A DNA stretch of 64,000 nt from Bacillota bacterium. Its GTDB lineage: Bacteria; Bacillota; DSM-16504; Desulfitibacterales; Desulfitibacteraceae. A program made the translations under genes and the position numbers. The first letter of the stretch is position 1, and every line of letters begins with the position of its first letter. Positions 46,201 through 56,816 of the stretch are shown here, piece after piece. The notes under the pieces are model-generated. The model was not told the DNA's origin. It saw only the letters and a program-made list of their open reading frames with translations, and ran no database searches. Where the stretch lies: positions 114 to 64,113 of the forward strand of contig JBFLYC010000020.1 of assembly GCA_040756735.1 (NCBI GenBank), in the 5' to 3' direction.

Positions 46201-46232
46201 GCCCTTTACACCTTGTAGAACGTGCAAAGGGC
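46201..46232. terminator. bidirectional terminator between deoR and gdhA
   Basis: GCCCTTTACA (46201-46210) and TGCAAAGGGC (46223-46232), with T-runs on both strands. Confidence 0.65.
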
Positions 46233-46248
46233 TGTACTTTTGATAAAA

Positions 46249-47601
<1,353 letters not shown>

Positions 47602-47667
47602 TCATTTTTTAATTTTATTTTTATTAAATTTATTTTATTAGATTTTGCCATTTGTGATTTCAAGAAC

Positions 47668-47673
47668 ATTATA
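47668..47673 (-). promoter_or_regulatory. candidate -10 (TATAAT) of the gdhA promoter
   Basis: The minus strand reads AAAAATAGTATAATG, ~80 nt upstream of the gdhA start. Confidence 0.35.
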
Positions 47674-47751
47674 CTATTTTTTGTGGTATTGTGTATATTG
47701 TATACTTTATTATTTCAAGAATTTTTTTTAATTCGGTAATAGGGTTATAAA

Positions 47752-50709
47752 CTATACTTTTGCTTTATAGACGATACCTGTAGAGCTTCTGCCATCAATT
47801 TTAACCAGAAAGGGCTCTTTACTTCGAATTAATTTCACATATTTGGTCTGTTTTAATACCGGCTTATCAAGGAGCCATGCCCAATCTATTCTTTCTGTAA
47901 CATCGCTTTCGTATTTGACATGAAGATATCCCATATTAAGAGATATCAAGTTATGATAAAAATGACTGCCCAGTGATGGTTCAGCTTGAAGATCCATCCT
48001 ATCGGCTTCAATTACTACCCGAGCCTGGGACATTTGAGACCATGCCAGGGGGATCCCGAGCCAGCGGTCTGTCGTTCCCAATCTTCCAAACCCAATGAGA
48101 ATGCATTTGCGATCTTCTTCAAATAATTGTCTATTTAGCTTTCCGATTTCGACAGCTATTTGCATGGTATTTTTCAGTTCAAAAAGGTTCGGATCCACAA
48201 AAATTATGTCATGAATGTCCTGATAGATGCCGTTGCCTATTGTGTGCAGACTGGTGCATAATATTTCCTGATAATTGTCGGATTCTATTTTCACCTGAAC
48301 AGGTTCTTTCCCTACTACCATTGGTCTAATCTGCAAGAAGTAAAATTCCTTCGGTTTGGTGTTGTCTTTAGGAATATTTACTGCAAATTCGATTTCAACT
48401 TCAGAACCAAAAGCCTGTTTCCCCAAGTCGGTTAAATCTTTGATTATTTTCGTCAAGGGCAGCAGTCCGTGTTTGAGAATGGGAGAAAAGGTTATCAGCT
48501 TGGGGCCCTTGATATTAATATTATCAAAGATACAATCATTCTCTGGAGAATAGGTGCTCCCCACATATTTTAACGTATGGTCTTCTTCAGCTTTAGAGAG
48601 AGAAAGCTTTTCATAATTGCGACCATCATCAAAGCCAAGCTCAATATTAGATGAGTTATACAGATTTAATGCATAAAATGTAGATTGGGACTTTTTCAAG
48701 AAATCACCCGGATTTGCATAAGGTGGATTCATCTTGGGATAAGCAGGTGAAAAGCGGTATACCTGTCCACCCTCAACAATTATCTTTCCAAATCCCAGGG
48801 CTAGGCTGACTATACCGTCTTCTGGCTTCATATGAGAGTATGGATAGAAATTATATGATTGAGCCACCCCTGATACGACTGGATAGTAGTAGTCTCCATA
48901 CTGTTCACCAATCAATTCCTGAATTATAACAGCCATTCTTTCCTCTTCAATACGAATATCTGCATTTTTGGCATACTGTCTGGGGGAATTGTAAAAAACC
49001 GAAGCGTAAACAAGCTTGACTGCATCAGAAATTTGCTTGAATCTGACAGCTGTATCGGGATGATTGTTAGGTAAAAGGTATGTTTTATAAATCCCCGCAA
49101 AAGGTAACAGCTGTGAGTCTTCAAGAATGCTTGACGATCGAATTGCCAGAGGATAGTTGGCATATTGGATGAGAGTATATAAATTCCTGCTGATTCTGTC
49201 TGGAAGTTCAGCTTCCAGGAATTTTTGGGCTATAGCCTCTTCACTGCTTGAACTAGCCGTAAAATCATACAGCTTGTTGTTTTCCATAAACTCTTCAAAG
49301 ATTTCACTGCAGACCACAAAAGTAAGGGGTGTCTTTATGTTGATTCCCGGATATTTATCCACCAATTTTGATTCTGCAAGCAGGTGATTAAAAAACGCAA
49401 TTCCCCTGGCTTTCCCCCCCAGAGAACCACTACCAAGCTTAATAAAAGTGTTTTCCATATCCATTTTTGAAAGGCCAAAATCAAGGATTATACCGGACCT
49501 ATATCTCTTAAAATAATCCTTAAGTTTGTTAAGAAGCAGCTCTCTGAGCTCAGAAACACTGGAAAGGGTTTTCACATCAACCCGCCTCAGTTCTTCTGCA
49601 GTTTCAAATTCTGCACGGGCCCTGAACCATCTGGAAAAATGGTTATTGAGCGCATGATAGTAAAGGCTTTCATCGGGAAGATTGGGAATGATTTTTTCTA
49701 ATTCAGTTATATCCGTGGCTTCAGTAATTACTCTTCCGTCTGGATATTTAAAAATAAAATTGCCAAAACCATAGTTTTCTAGAATAAATGTCCTGAGCTC
49801 AAATAGCAGGTTAGGTGAGTTCTTGTCCAGATAATTCACATTAATTTGTTTCGCTTTTTCAGCATTTTCCTTTTCTTCTGATTGCAGCAGCAATGGCAGG
49901 TCAGGGGTTATTTCGTTAACTTTTTGGATCAGTTCAATACCTGCGTACGGGTTTACTTTGCCATCCTGCGGGAAACGAACGTCTGAAATAACGCCGAGCA
50001 GGTTGTGTCGATATTTCTCAATAATGGCCATGGCTTCTTCATAGGTTTCAGCAAGCAGTATTTTAGGCCTGGCCCTGACCCGAAGGAGTCTATGAGTGCT
50101 GTTTACAGCATGTGACACTAAATACCTCGTCTGTTTCATAATCTCAGTATATATGATGGAGAGAAATTGTGAGTAGTAAACAGGTGAATCCTCTACAACA
50201 AGGATCACCTGGACTCCCTGCCCGCAATCATCTTCCACGTTCTTGCGGTCTTCTACATACTTAATTATAGCCACCAAAATTTTGCTGTCTCCGGACCAGT
50301 GAAAAACCCTGTCAATGGCTTTATTTTCCCTTACCTGGTTAATCATTTCCGGAGTCAATCTTTCATAAGACAGCATAACCACAGATAATTCAGGGTACAG
50401 GTCTTTGACTTTTTTCCCAAACTCCAAGGGGCTCATGTCACTGATGCGGGACATTGTTATGACAAGATGGTATGTCCTTTTCCGAAGCGCCTCGAAGGCT
50501 TCCTGTGCACATGAAACTCTGTGAATCCTCGGCACAAAATAAATAAGTAAATCATAATACTCATTATAAATCCTTTCCGACAAACGGCCGTCTTCTTCAA
50601 GGACAAAACCGTCATATGATGTGGATACAATAAGTATTTCGGTGACCCTAAATTTCATTAGGTCATGAAAACTTAAAGATTTTGTGTTCGTACGGCCGAA
50701 TTGCTGCAT
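47752..50709 (-). CDS. two receiver-like domains fused to a PEP/pyruvate-binding (PPDK_N, ATP-grasp) domain; no swivel-His or PEP-utiliser TIM domain
   Basis: Start moved to ATG 50709 (G-rich RBS 5 nt upstream). REC-like 1: ILIVSTSYDG...HLVITMSRISDMS. REC-like 2: VILVVEDSP...LLGVISDVRFP...PLLLQS...YLDKNSP. ATP-grasp: IKLGSGSLGGKARGIAFF. The C-terminus (GFGRLGTTDRWLGIPLAW) has no TSH-type phosphohistidine motif. Confidence 0.65.
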   Translation of the reverse strand: MQQFGRTNTKSLSFHDLMKFRVTEILIVSTSYDGFVLEEDGRLSERIYNEYYDLLIYFVPRIHRVSCAQEAFEALRKRTYHLVITMSRISDMSPLEFGKKVKDLYPELSVVMLSYERLTPEMINQVRENKAIDRVFHWSGDSKILVAIIKYVEDRKNVEDDCGQGVQVILVVEDSPVYYSQFLSIIYTEIMKQTRYLVSHAVNSTHRLLRVRARPKILLAETYEEAMAIIEKYRHNLLGVISDVRFPQDGKVNPYAGIELIQKVNEITPDLPLLLQSEEKENAEKAKQINVNYLDKNSPNLLFELRTFILENYGFGNFIFKYPDGRVITEATDITELEKIIPNLPDESLYYHALNNHFSRWFRARAEFETAEELRRVDVKTLSSVSELRELLLNKLKDYFKRYRSGIILDFGLSKMDMENTFIKLGSGSLGGKARGIAFFNHLLAESKLVDKYPGINIKTPLTFVVCSEIFEEFMENNKLYDFTASSSSEEAIAQKFLEAELPDRISRNLYTLIQYANYPLAIRSSSILEDSQLLPFAGIYKTYLLPNNHPDTAVRFKQISDAVKLVYASVFYNSPRQYAKNADIRIEEERMAVIIQELIGEQYGDYYYPVVSGVAQSYNFYPYSHMKPEDGIVSLALGFGKIIVEGGQVYRFSPAYPKMNPPYANPGDFLKKSQSTFYALNLYNSSNIELGFDDGRNYEKLSLSKAEEDHTLKYVGSTYSPENDCIFDNINIKGPKLITFSPILKHGLLPLTKIIKDLTDLGKQAFGSEVEIEFAVNIPKDNTKPKEFYFLQIRPMVVGKEPVQVKIESDNYQEILCTSLHTIGNGIYQDIHDIIFVDPNLFELKNTMQIAVEIGKLNRQLFEEDRKCILIGFGRLGTTDRWLGIPLAWSQMSQARVVIEADRMDLQAEPSLGSHFYHNLISLNMGYLHVKYESDVTERIDWAWLLDKPVLKQTKYVKLIRSKEPFLVKIDGRSSTGIVYKAKV

Positions 50710-51031
50710 GCTGTCCCCCCCTTGTCGCAAGTTTTGTACTTATATTATAAACACATATTAGTATTTCGTTAAATCTGCAGCAAATTCATTGATTTATTAA
50801 AAAATTAGATGAGTGTACAGGGGATTCCTTTTATATACTAGTATACTTTTGACTTTTTTTACAAAGATCATATTCTTTAGGTATGCACATTATTTAATGG
50901 TCCTTAATTTTGTATATAAGATTATGTATACTTTTAATAAATGTAATTTTATGCAGGAAAATTTGTCACAAAAAAAGAAGATATAAATAGCCTATAAGAG
51001 AGAAATCCAAATTGGAAGGGAGTTAGGCTAA

Positions 51032-51460
51032 ATGATAATTCCATTTTTTCTTACACCCAAGCAAGAGGTTGTGTTTTTGTCTTACCGCTCCACTATGAGG
51101 CAAGCTTTGGAAAAAATGGAGCACCACAGGTATTCTGCTATTCCTATTATTGATGATAAAGGGAAATATGTGGGAACCATTACTGAGGGTGACCTCCTGT
51201 GGAAGATAAAAAACACTCCTGGATTAAGCTTTGAAAACACTCACAAAATTCCTTTAGCCGAAGTGCCTAGACATATGCAAAATAAACCTGTAAGTATTAA
51301 TGCTAAAATTGATGGGTTGTTGAGACTTGCTGCAACACAGAATTTTGTGCCGGTTGTGGATGATAACGGGGTATTTATTGGTATTGTAAAAAGAAGTGAC
51401 ATAATTGAACACTGTGCTAAAATGATAGATGACAGGCGGGAAAAAGGGCAGGCTTCTTAA
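51032..51460 (+). CDS. stand-alone CBS-pair protein
   Basis: 142 aa with two CBS repeats (YSAIPIIDDKGKYVGTITEGDLL; NFVPVVDDNGVFIGIVKRSDII). Divergent from the REC-PPDK_N gene. Confidence 0.85.
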   Translation: MIIPFFLTPKQEVVFLSYRSTMRQALEKMEHHRYSAIPIIDDKGKYVGTITEGDLLWKIKNTPGLSFENTHKIPLAEVPRHMQNKPVSINAKIDGLLRLAATQNFVPVVDDNGVFIGIVKRSDIIEHCAKMIDDRREKGQAS

Positions 51461-51502
51461 GGCCAAACCTGCCAATTCTTACTGGGGTTAGGAGGGGCAA
51501 TC

Positions 51503-52327
51503 ATGGACAAGAATTCAGAGTATTGGAAAGTCCAGTTAACCCCCAAGCATAAAGAGCAGTTGGACTTGGATTTGATAGATGAACTTAATCAAGACATGGA
51601 TTTATTTGATGATGAAGTGGAAAGCGCCAAGGCAAAGAAGCCAATAGTTGTTAGGTTGATTGGCTTTTTAACAGCCTTGGCGTTTTTGTTAATTGTTCTT
51701 GGTGGTTATCTGAAGGTGTTTACTCTTCCACCCCTTGATTTTTTGGCAAAATCAAGAGAATTAGCCAAAATATCACAGGTACATGAACTCAGAGAGGCTG
51801 TAGTTACAGTAAAGGCCCTTAACAGGCAGGGAACAGGTTTTAATATTGATTCTCAAGGGTTGATTGTAACCAATTATCACGTGGTCCGGGATGCTAGGCT
51901 TGTTTTTGTCGGTTTTGCAGATGGTACAATTCATGGTGTAAAAGAAGCTATACATTTTCCGGAGGTAGATCTTGCCTTGCTGGATATTGCCGGGGATAAT
52001 CTTCCTGTTCTAGCTTTGGAAAATGAGAATAACATGAAAACAGGGGATAAAGTCATAGTGATAGGAAACCCCCTGGGGTTTCCCCAGGTTGTGAAAGAAG
52101 GAGAGGTAGTTGGCCAGATCAGGCTGCAGGGCTGGGAGGACCCGGTCATAATGATTAAAGGGCCTATCTATTCCGGAAGCAGCGGCAGTCCGGTTTTTAA
52201 TGAAGAGGGCACGGTTGTGGCCGTGGTTTTTGGCACTTTAAAACAGCAGGCCAACAGTGAGCAGGTGGAAAACATTGGTCTTGCTGTACCTATAAACCAG
52301 CTTAAAGCTCGTTTTCATCGTCAATAA
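51503..52327 (+). CDS. membrane-anchored trypsin-like (S1C/HtrA-like, no PDZ) serine protease
   Basis: One TM segment (LIGFLTALAFLLIVLGGYL). Catalytic triad contexts TNYHVV, DLALLDI, GSSGSPVF. Confidence 0.85.
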   Translation: MDKNSEYWKVQLTPKHKEQLDLDLIDELNQDMDLFDDEVESAKAKKPIVVRLIGFLTALAFLLIVLGGYLKVFTLPPLDFLAKSRELAKISQVHELREAVVTVKALNRQGTGFNIDSQGLIVTNYHVVRDARLVFVGFADGTIHGVKEAIHFPEVDLALLDIAGDNLPVLALENENNMKTGDKVIVIGNPLGFPQVVKEGEVVGQIRLQGWEDPVIMIKGPIYSGSSGSPVFNEEGTVVAVVFGTLKQQANSEQVENIGLAVPINQLKARFHRQ

Positions 52328-52940
52328 ATGGTACAAAGGCAAATCCAGGGAATAGTTCCTTCTCGTATTTATCTTCTGCATGTTTGTGCAGCAGCACTAT
52401 ATGCCCATACAGGTCACTTAAAGGTATAACCAGTTTGCCTCCTGGTTTTAACTGGTGTTTTAAAAGGGGAGGAATGGTGGGTGCTGCAGCATTGACCAAG
52501 ATTCTATCAAAGGGTGCATGCTCAGGCCAGCCTTTTGCCCCATTTCCTTCTCGAAAATGCACATTGGTGTATGCCAGGTTTTTCAAGTTATTTTCTCCAT
52601 ATTCTTTCAGTCCTTTAATCCTTTCAATGGCAAATACTTTGCCTTGCTTTCCAACAATTTCTGCAAGCAAGGCTGTTGTCCAGCCAGAACCCGAACCCAC
52701 ATCTAATACCTTGTTATCCTTCTGGGGTTGTAATAGTTCCAACATAAAAGCGACGGTTAGAGGTTGAGAAATGGTTTGGTTCTCTCCAACAGGCAGGGGG
52801 CGGTCTTCATAAGCTCTGTCCATATACTCAGGAAGAATAAACTTACTTCTGTCCACTTTTAAGAAAGCTTCTTTAATAGCAGGAGTTTTTAATATTTTTT
52901 TATTTTCAAGGCTTTCCACTAATTTTTCTAACGAATACAT
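52302..52940 (-). CDS. pcm: protein-L-isoaspartate O-methyltransferase
   Basis: 212 aa. QTISQPLTVAFMLELL and the SAM motif VLDVGSGSGWTTALLAEIVG. Confidence 0.92.
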   Translation of the reverse strand: MYSLEKLVESLENKKILKTPAIKEAFLKVDRSKFILPEYMDRAYEDRPLPVGENQTISQPLTVAFMLELLQPQKDNKVLDVGSGSGWTTALLAEIVGKQGKVFAIERIKGLKEYGENNLKNLAYTNVHFREGNGAKGWPEHAPFDRILVNAAAPTIPPLLKHQLKPGGKLVIPLSDLYGHIVLLHKHAEDKYEKELFPGFAFVPFIDDENEL

Positions 52941-53196
52941 AGGATTCCTCCAAAAAAATATTAATCTGCTTACTTCTATTTTATCCCAAAAATTACTTTG
53001 CCTAAATCTAAAATCTAAAATATACCAAAAATTTTTATCACCCGTATCAGGTTATTTGTAGGATTGTGTCTGCAATTTGTCGAATATAACAAAAAGCCCT
53101 TTACTACATGATATTGAAGTAGATGAAGGGGGCAGGTTTTAAAAGATTGGAAATTGGTTATAGGTTATAGGTAATAAATAGTTGGAGGGGTATGAC

Positions 53197-54531
53197 ATGA
53201 AAAAAGTATTTGTGTTAGATACCAGTGTTTTACTGCAAGATCCCAATTCACTCTTTGCTTTTGAAGACAATGACCTTGTTATACCTGCAGTGGTTTTGGA
53301 AGAGATTGATAACAAAAAGAGATTAGGGGATGACTTGGGAAGAAATGCTCGTCAGGTGTCCAGGGCTCTGGATAAAATGCGAAAGTTGGGGCAGCTTAAT
53401 ACCGGGGTTGAGTTAGAAGGTGGAGGAACCTTAAGAATCGAGCTCAATCACAAGTATTCTCAGGTGTTGCAAGAGCATTTCCACGAGGCATCAAACGATA
53501 ACAGAATTCTTACTGTTGCCCTTAATCTGCTTAAGGAGGAAGGGAAGAAGCAATACCCCCAGAAGGTGATTTTAGTTAGCAATGATGCTTTGATGAGAGT
53601 AAAAGCCGATGCTATTGGCGTTCCTGCCCAGGAATACCTTTCAGATAAGGTTATTAAAAGCCAAGATCTTTTCACAGGGTATAGAGTGGTTAATGCAGAG
53701 CCCGCTTTAATTGATACGTTTTATGCCCAGAAAGGACTCGGCATTGATATTGAGCCCTTTAATAAAATGGAGATATATCCTCATGAATTTTTGATTATTA
53801 AAGATATGTATGGCTCCTCAAAATCCGCCCTTGCTTACTACAATCCCGAAAAACATGTGTTAGAACATCTCTATCTGGCAGATAAAGATGTCTGGGGTAT
53901 CCACGCAAGGAATACCCAGCAAAAAATGGCCTATCAACTATTATTGAATGACAACATTCCCCTTGTTACTTTAACCGGCAGGGCTGGAACCGGAAAAACT
54001 CTGCTTGCCTTGGCTGTAGGTCTGTATAAGACAGAAGAGCTTGGTTTGTTTAAAAAACTGCTGGTGGCCAGGCCAATTATTCCCATGGGCAGGGAAATTG
54101 GCTTTTTGCCAGGGGATAAAGAAGAAAAACTAAGACCCTGGATGCAGCCTATTTTTGATAACATGGAGTTCATTTTTGGAACACATAAGGAAGGAAGGAT
54201 TGAAGATATCATGGCCGGGTTAAAAAGGGTGCAGGTGGAGGCGCTGACCTTTATTCGCGGCAGAACCCTGCCAAAGCAGTTTATTATTATTGATGAAGCG
54301 CAAAACCTAACTAAACATGAAGTTAAAACAATTGTTTCAAGGGTTGGCGAAGGGAGCAAAATTGTGCTGGTGGGTGACCCCGAGCAGATAGATCACCCCT
54401 ACCTGGATTTTAGCAACAATGGCTTAACCTATATTGTCGAGAAGTTTAAGGATAATACTCTAGCTGGGCATGTTACTTTAGAAAAGGGAGAGCGCTCACC
54501 GCTGGCTCAGCTTGCAGCAGACATCCTTTAA
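53197..54531 (+). CDS. PIN-domain + PhoH-like ATPase (PhoH2/YlaK type)
   Basis: ATG 53197 is preferred (RBS GGAGGGG). PIN: VLDTSVLL...NDNRIL. PhoH: GRAGTGKTLLALA, IIIDEAQNLT, VLVGDPEQID. Confidence 0.9.
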   Translation: MKKVFVLDTSVLLQDPNSLFAFEDNDLVIPAVVLEEIDNKKRLGDDLGRNARQVSRALDKMRKLGQLNTGVELEGGGTLRIELNHKYSQVLQEHFHEASNDNRILTVALNLLKEEGKKQYPQKVILVSNDALMRVKADAIGVPAQEYLSDKVIKSQDLFTGYRVVNAEPALIDTFYAQKGLGIDIEPFNKMEIYPHEFLIIKDMYGSSKSALAYYNPEKHVLEHLYLADKDVWGIHARNTQQKMAYQLLLNDNIPLVTLTGRAGTGKTLLALAVGLYKTEELGLFKKLLVARPIIPMGREIGFLPGDKEEKLRPWMQPIFDNMEFIFGTHKEGRIEDIMAGLKRVQVEALTFIRGRTLPKQFIIIDEAQNLTKHEVKTIVSRVGEGSKIVLVGDPEQIDHPYLDFSNNGLTYIVEKFKDNTLAGHVTLEKGERSPLAQLAADIL

Positions 54532-54533
54532 GT

Positions 54534-54740
54534 ATCGGGGGACAGCTGAATCGGAGACAGTTCTCCTGAATCGGGTTGAATCGGGGGACGGCAACGATTC
54601 GGGGACACTTCTCCTGAATCGGGGTGAATCTGAATCGGGGGACGGTTCTTCGATTCAAAAAAATGAATCGGAGAACCGTCCCCTGATTCAAAAAAATGAA
54701 TCGGAGAACCGTCCCCTGATTCACCCTGATTCACTGATTC
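54534..54740. repeat. block of GAATCGG(G/A)GAC(G/A)GTTC-type palindromic repeats, including a perfect 33-bp tandem duplication
   Basis: Seven GAATCGG cores facing CGATTC/TGATTC complements. Hairpin units such as GAATCG-GGGGACGGTTCTT-CGATTC. Unit GATTCAAAAAAATGAATCGGAGAACCGTCCCCT at 54652-54684 is repeated exactly at 54685-54717. Confidence 0.85.
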
Positions 54741-54779
54741 ATTTTAGTTTAATTGCGGTGAAAGGGTGAGTGTGGAAAA

Positions 54780-56108
54780 ATGTGTGATACCTTTGTTGCC
54801 CTGGCAGGTGCAACAGCCAATGGAGAGGTATTATTTGCTAAAAACAGCGACAGGGAGCCAAACGAACCCCATGTTATTTTAAGGGTGCCCAGAAAGAAAC
54901 ACACCTGCGGTACCATGTTAAAGTGCACATATATAGAAGTGCCTCAGGTGGTAGAAACCTTTGATGTTATTCTGTTTAAGCCGTCCTGGATATGGGGTGC
55001 GGAGATGGGGGTCAATGAATATGGCCTCACAATTGGCAATGAGGCTGTATTTACCAAGGAGAAGCAAGGGCCTCCCGCTTTGCTAGGCATGGACATCTTA
55101 CGAATAGCCCTTGAAAGGTGCCAAAATGCCGGTGCAGCTTTAGACCTGATAATCTATTTACTGGAAAAGTACGGTCAGGGCGGTAAATGCGGGTTTACGG
55201 AGAATTTAAAGTATGACAACGCATTTTTAATTGCAGACAATAACACTGCCTTTGTAATGGAAACAGCCGGGCGGCAATGGGTGGTTAAAGAAGTTCATGA
55301 TGTCAGGGGCATATCCAATTCCTTGTCAATAGAACGGGACTTTGACAGGGCATCGGAAAACCTGATACAAAATGCCGTGAAAAAAGGTTGGGCAAGGAGC
55401 GCCGGAGATTTCGATTTTAAGAAGTCCTATGAAAAAGCCCTTTTTGCTCATTTTAGCTGTGGGGACTATCGCAGAAAAATTGTGGAAAATAGTCTGAAAA
55501 GCCGCCTGGGGAAACTAGCGCTGCAGGATATGAAGGACATCTTAAGACAGCATCATGAAGACTGCTGCGGCAGGGAATTTGCGACAGGCAGCATGAAAAG
55601 TATTTGTATGCATGCCGGGGGCTTGATTTCCAGTCAGACTACAGGCAGCTTCATAGTTGAATTGTTCAAGGGCAGCATAAAGATACTGGCTACCGGAAGT
55701 TCACTTCCTTGCGTGTCCATATTTAAGCCAATCTGGTTTACCCAAGGGGATAACAGCTTATTAGATGGGAATACTGGTTTTTGGGGAAAGCGAGAAATGG
55801 TGAACAGGATGTTTCTAGAAAACAGGATAAGTAATATGGATGAGTTTCTAGACAAAAAAAATAGCCTTGAACTGGACCTTGAGACAAGGGCAAAGGAAGC
55901 TGTCACTGATGAGGAAAAAATAGAGACCATGAAATATGCTTTCAAAGAAGAGCATAAGCTGCTAAATCAAGTAATTAATAAAAACATGGACAACAAACCA
56001 TTTATCAAAGGCGGTCTATATTTCAAGCATTACTGGAAAAAACAAAATTCGCGAATCAAAAGCTTGTTTCTTAATTCACAGACTATGGATTGTCATGATA
56101 CTCAGTAA
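54780..56108 (+). CDS. secernin-like C69-family Ntn-hydrolase (Cys2 nucleophile)
   Basis: MCDTFVAL...LFAKNSDREPNEP...KCTYIEVPQV...KPSWIWGAEMGVNEYGLTIGNEAV is collinear by eye with secernin/C69 N-termini. Confidence 0.75.
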   Translation: MCDTFVALAGATANGEVLFAKNSDREPNEPHVILRVPRKKHTCGTMLKCTYIEVPQVVETFDVILFKPSWIWGAEMGVNEYGLTIGNEAVFTKEKQGPPALLGMDILRIALERCQNAGAALDLIIYLLEKYGQGGKCGFTENLKYDNAFLIADNNTAFVMETAGRQWVVKEVHDVRGISNSLSIERDFDRASENLIQNAVKKGWARSAGDFDFKKSYEKALFAHFSCGDYRRKIVENSLKSRLGKLALQDMKDILRQHHEDCCGREFATGSMKSICMHAGGLISSQTTGSFIVELFKGSIKILATGSSLPCVSIFKPIWFTQGDNSLLDGNTGFWGKREMVNRMFLENRISNMDEFLDKKNSLELDLETRAKEAVTDEEKIETMKYAFKEEHKLLNQVINKNMDNKPFIKGGLYFKHYWKKQNSRIKSLFLNSQTMDCHDTQ

Positions 56109-56134
56109 TTTGGACCGCAGTTAGGAGAGATTAT

Positions 56135-56752
56135 ATGCCTGGCCAGGAGATCATTAAACTTGATGAACCTGATATAAGCGGTGGGCAGCCCTTGTTTAAG
56201 CTTCTTAACCAGCGGCGATCCCTTCGCAGCTATGCAAATCAGGCTTTGGATCTAAAAACCCTAGCTCAACTCCTCTGGGCCAGTCAGGGAGTGAAAATGG
56301 GGCAGTTTGGCCATGGCCTTAGAACAGCGCCCTCTGCCGGCGCTTTATATCCCATTGAATTATATGTGGCCGCCAACAATATTATAGGGTTAGAACCAGG
56401 TATTTATCGTTATGAAGCATTAGAACACGGGCTTAAAGCTATCCGGTTGGGAAGCTATGGACATCAACTGACCAGGGCTGCTTTGGGACAAGAAATGCTG
56501 GAAGAGGCTCCATGTGCCTTTTCATATGTTGCTAATCCCATGAAGAGCCAAATCAAATACGGTGATAGAGCATATAGATATATTTACTTGGAAGCGGGAC
56601 ACATTGCTCAAAATACAATCTTAGCAGCAGAAAGCTGCGGATTGGGAACGTGTAACATCGGGGCATTCTATGATGGGGAAATGAATGATATTCTTAATCT
56701 AGGCAAAGCTGAAACTATAGTATATATTACAGTAATCGGCTATAAGAAATGA
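56135..56752 (+). CDS. SagB/ThcOx-type nitroreductase-family protein
   Basis: 205 aa. RRSLRSYA, LAQLLWASQGV, RTAPSAGALYPIELYV, YLEAGHIAQN. Starts 27 nt after the C69 gene. Confidence 0.8.
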   Translation: MPGQEIIKLDEPDISGGQPLFKLLNQRRSLRSYANQALDLKTLAQLLWASQGVKMGQFGHGLRTAPSAGALYPIELYVAANNIIGLEPGIYRYEALEHGLKAIRLGSYGHQLTRAALGQEMLEEAPCAFSYVANPMKSQIKYGDRAYRYIYLEAGHIAQNTILAAESCGLGTCNIGAFYDGEMNDILNLGKAETIVYITVIGYKK

Positions 56753-56794
56753 CATTACAATGCCTGATGTATCAAGAACAGCTTTTATAGATTA

Positions 56795-56816
56795 AGCCGC
56801 CCGCAGGCGGCTTTTG
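56795..56816 (+). terminator. rho-independent terminator
   Basis: AGCCGCC-cgca-GGCGGCT followed by TTTT. Confidence 0.88.

Noticed and set aside
47700-50935. GTATACTTT(T) occurs three times around the REC-PPDK_N gene (47700, 50841, 50926), plus a 12-bp palindrome TATACTAGTATA (50834-50845).
   Set aside because: All occurrences lie in very AT-rich promoter DNA, where short TA-rich words recur by chance. Without genome-wide statistics this cannot be separated from background.
54652-54717. A perfect 33-bp tandem repeat, considered as a mini CRISPR array.
   Set aside because: The two units are directly adjacent with no spacer, there are only two copies, and no cas genes are present. It belongs to the hairpin repeat family.
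54473-54769. Three ORF-track entries (83, 85 and 68 aa) with ESGDG / NQGTVLRFIF repeats.
   Set aside because: They lie entirely within the palindromic repeat block and are open on both strands because of the repeats. They have no RBS and their composition is dictated by the repeat unit.
56135-56752. The SagB-like gene, considered as a marker of a TOMM/RiPP biosynthetic cluster.
   Set aside because: There is no YcaO/cyclodehydratase, no docking protein, no precursor-like small ORF and no exporter nearby.
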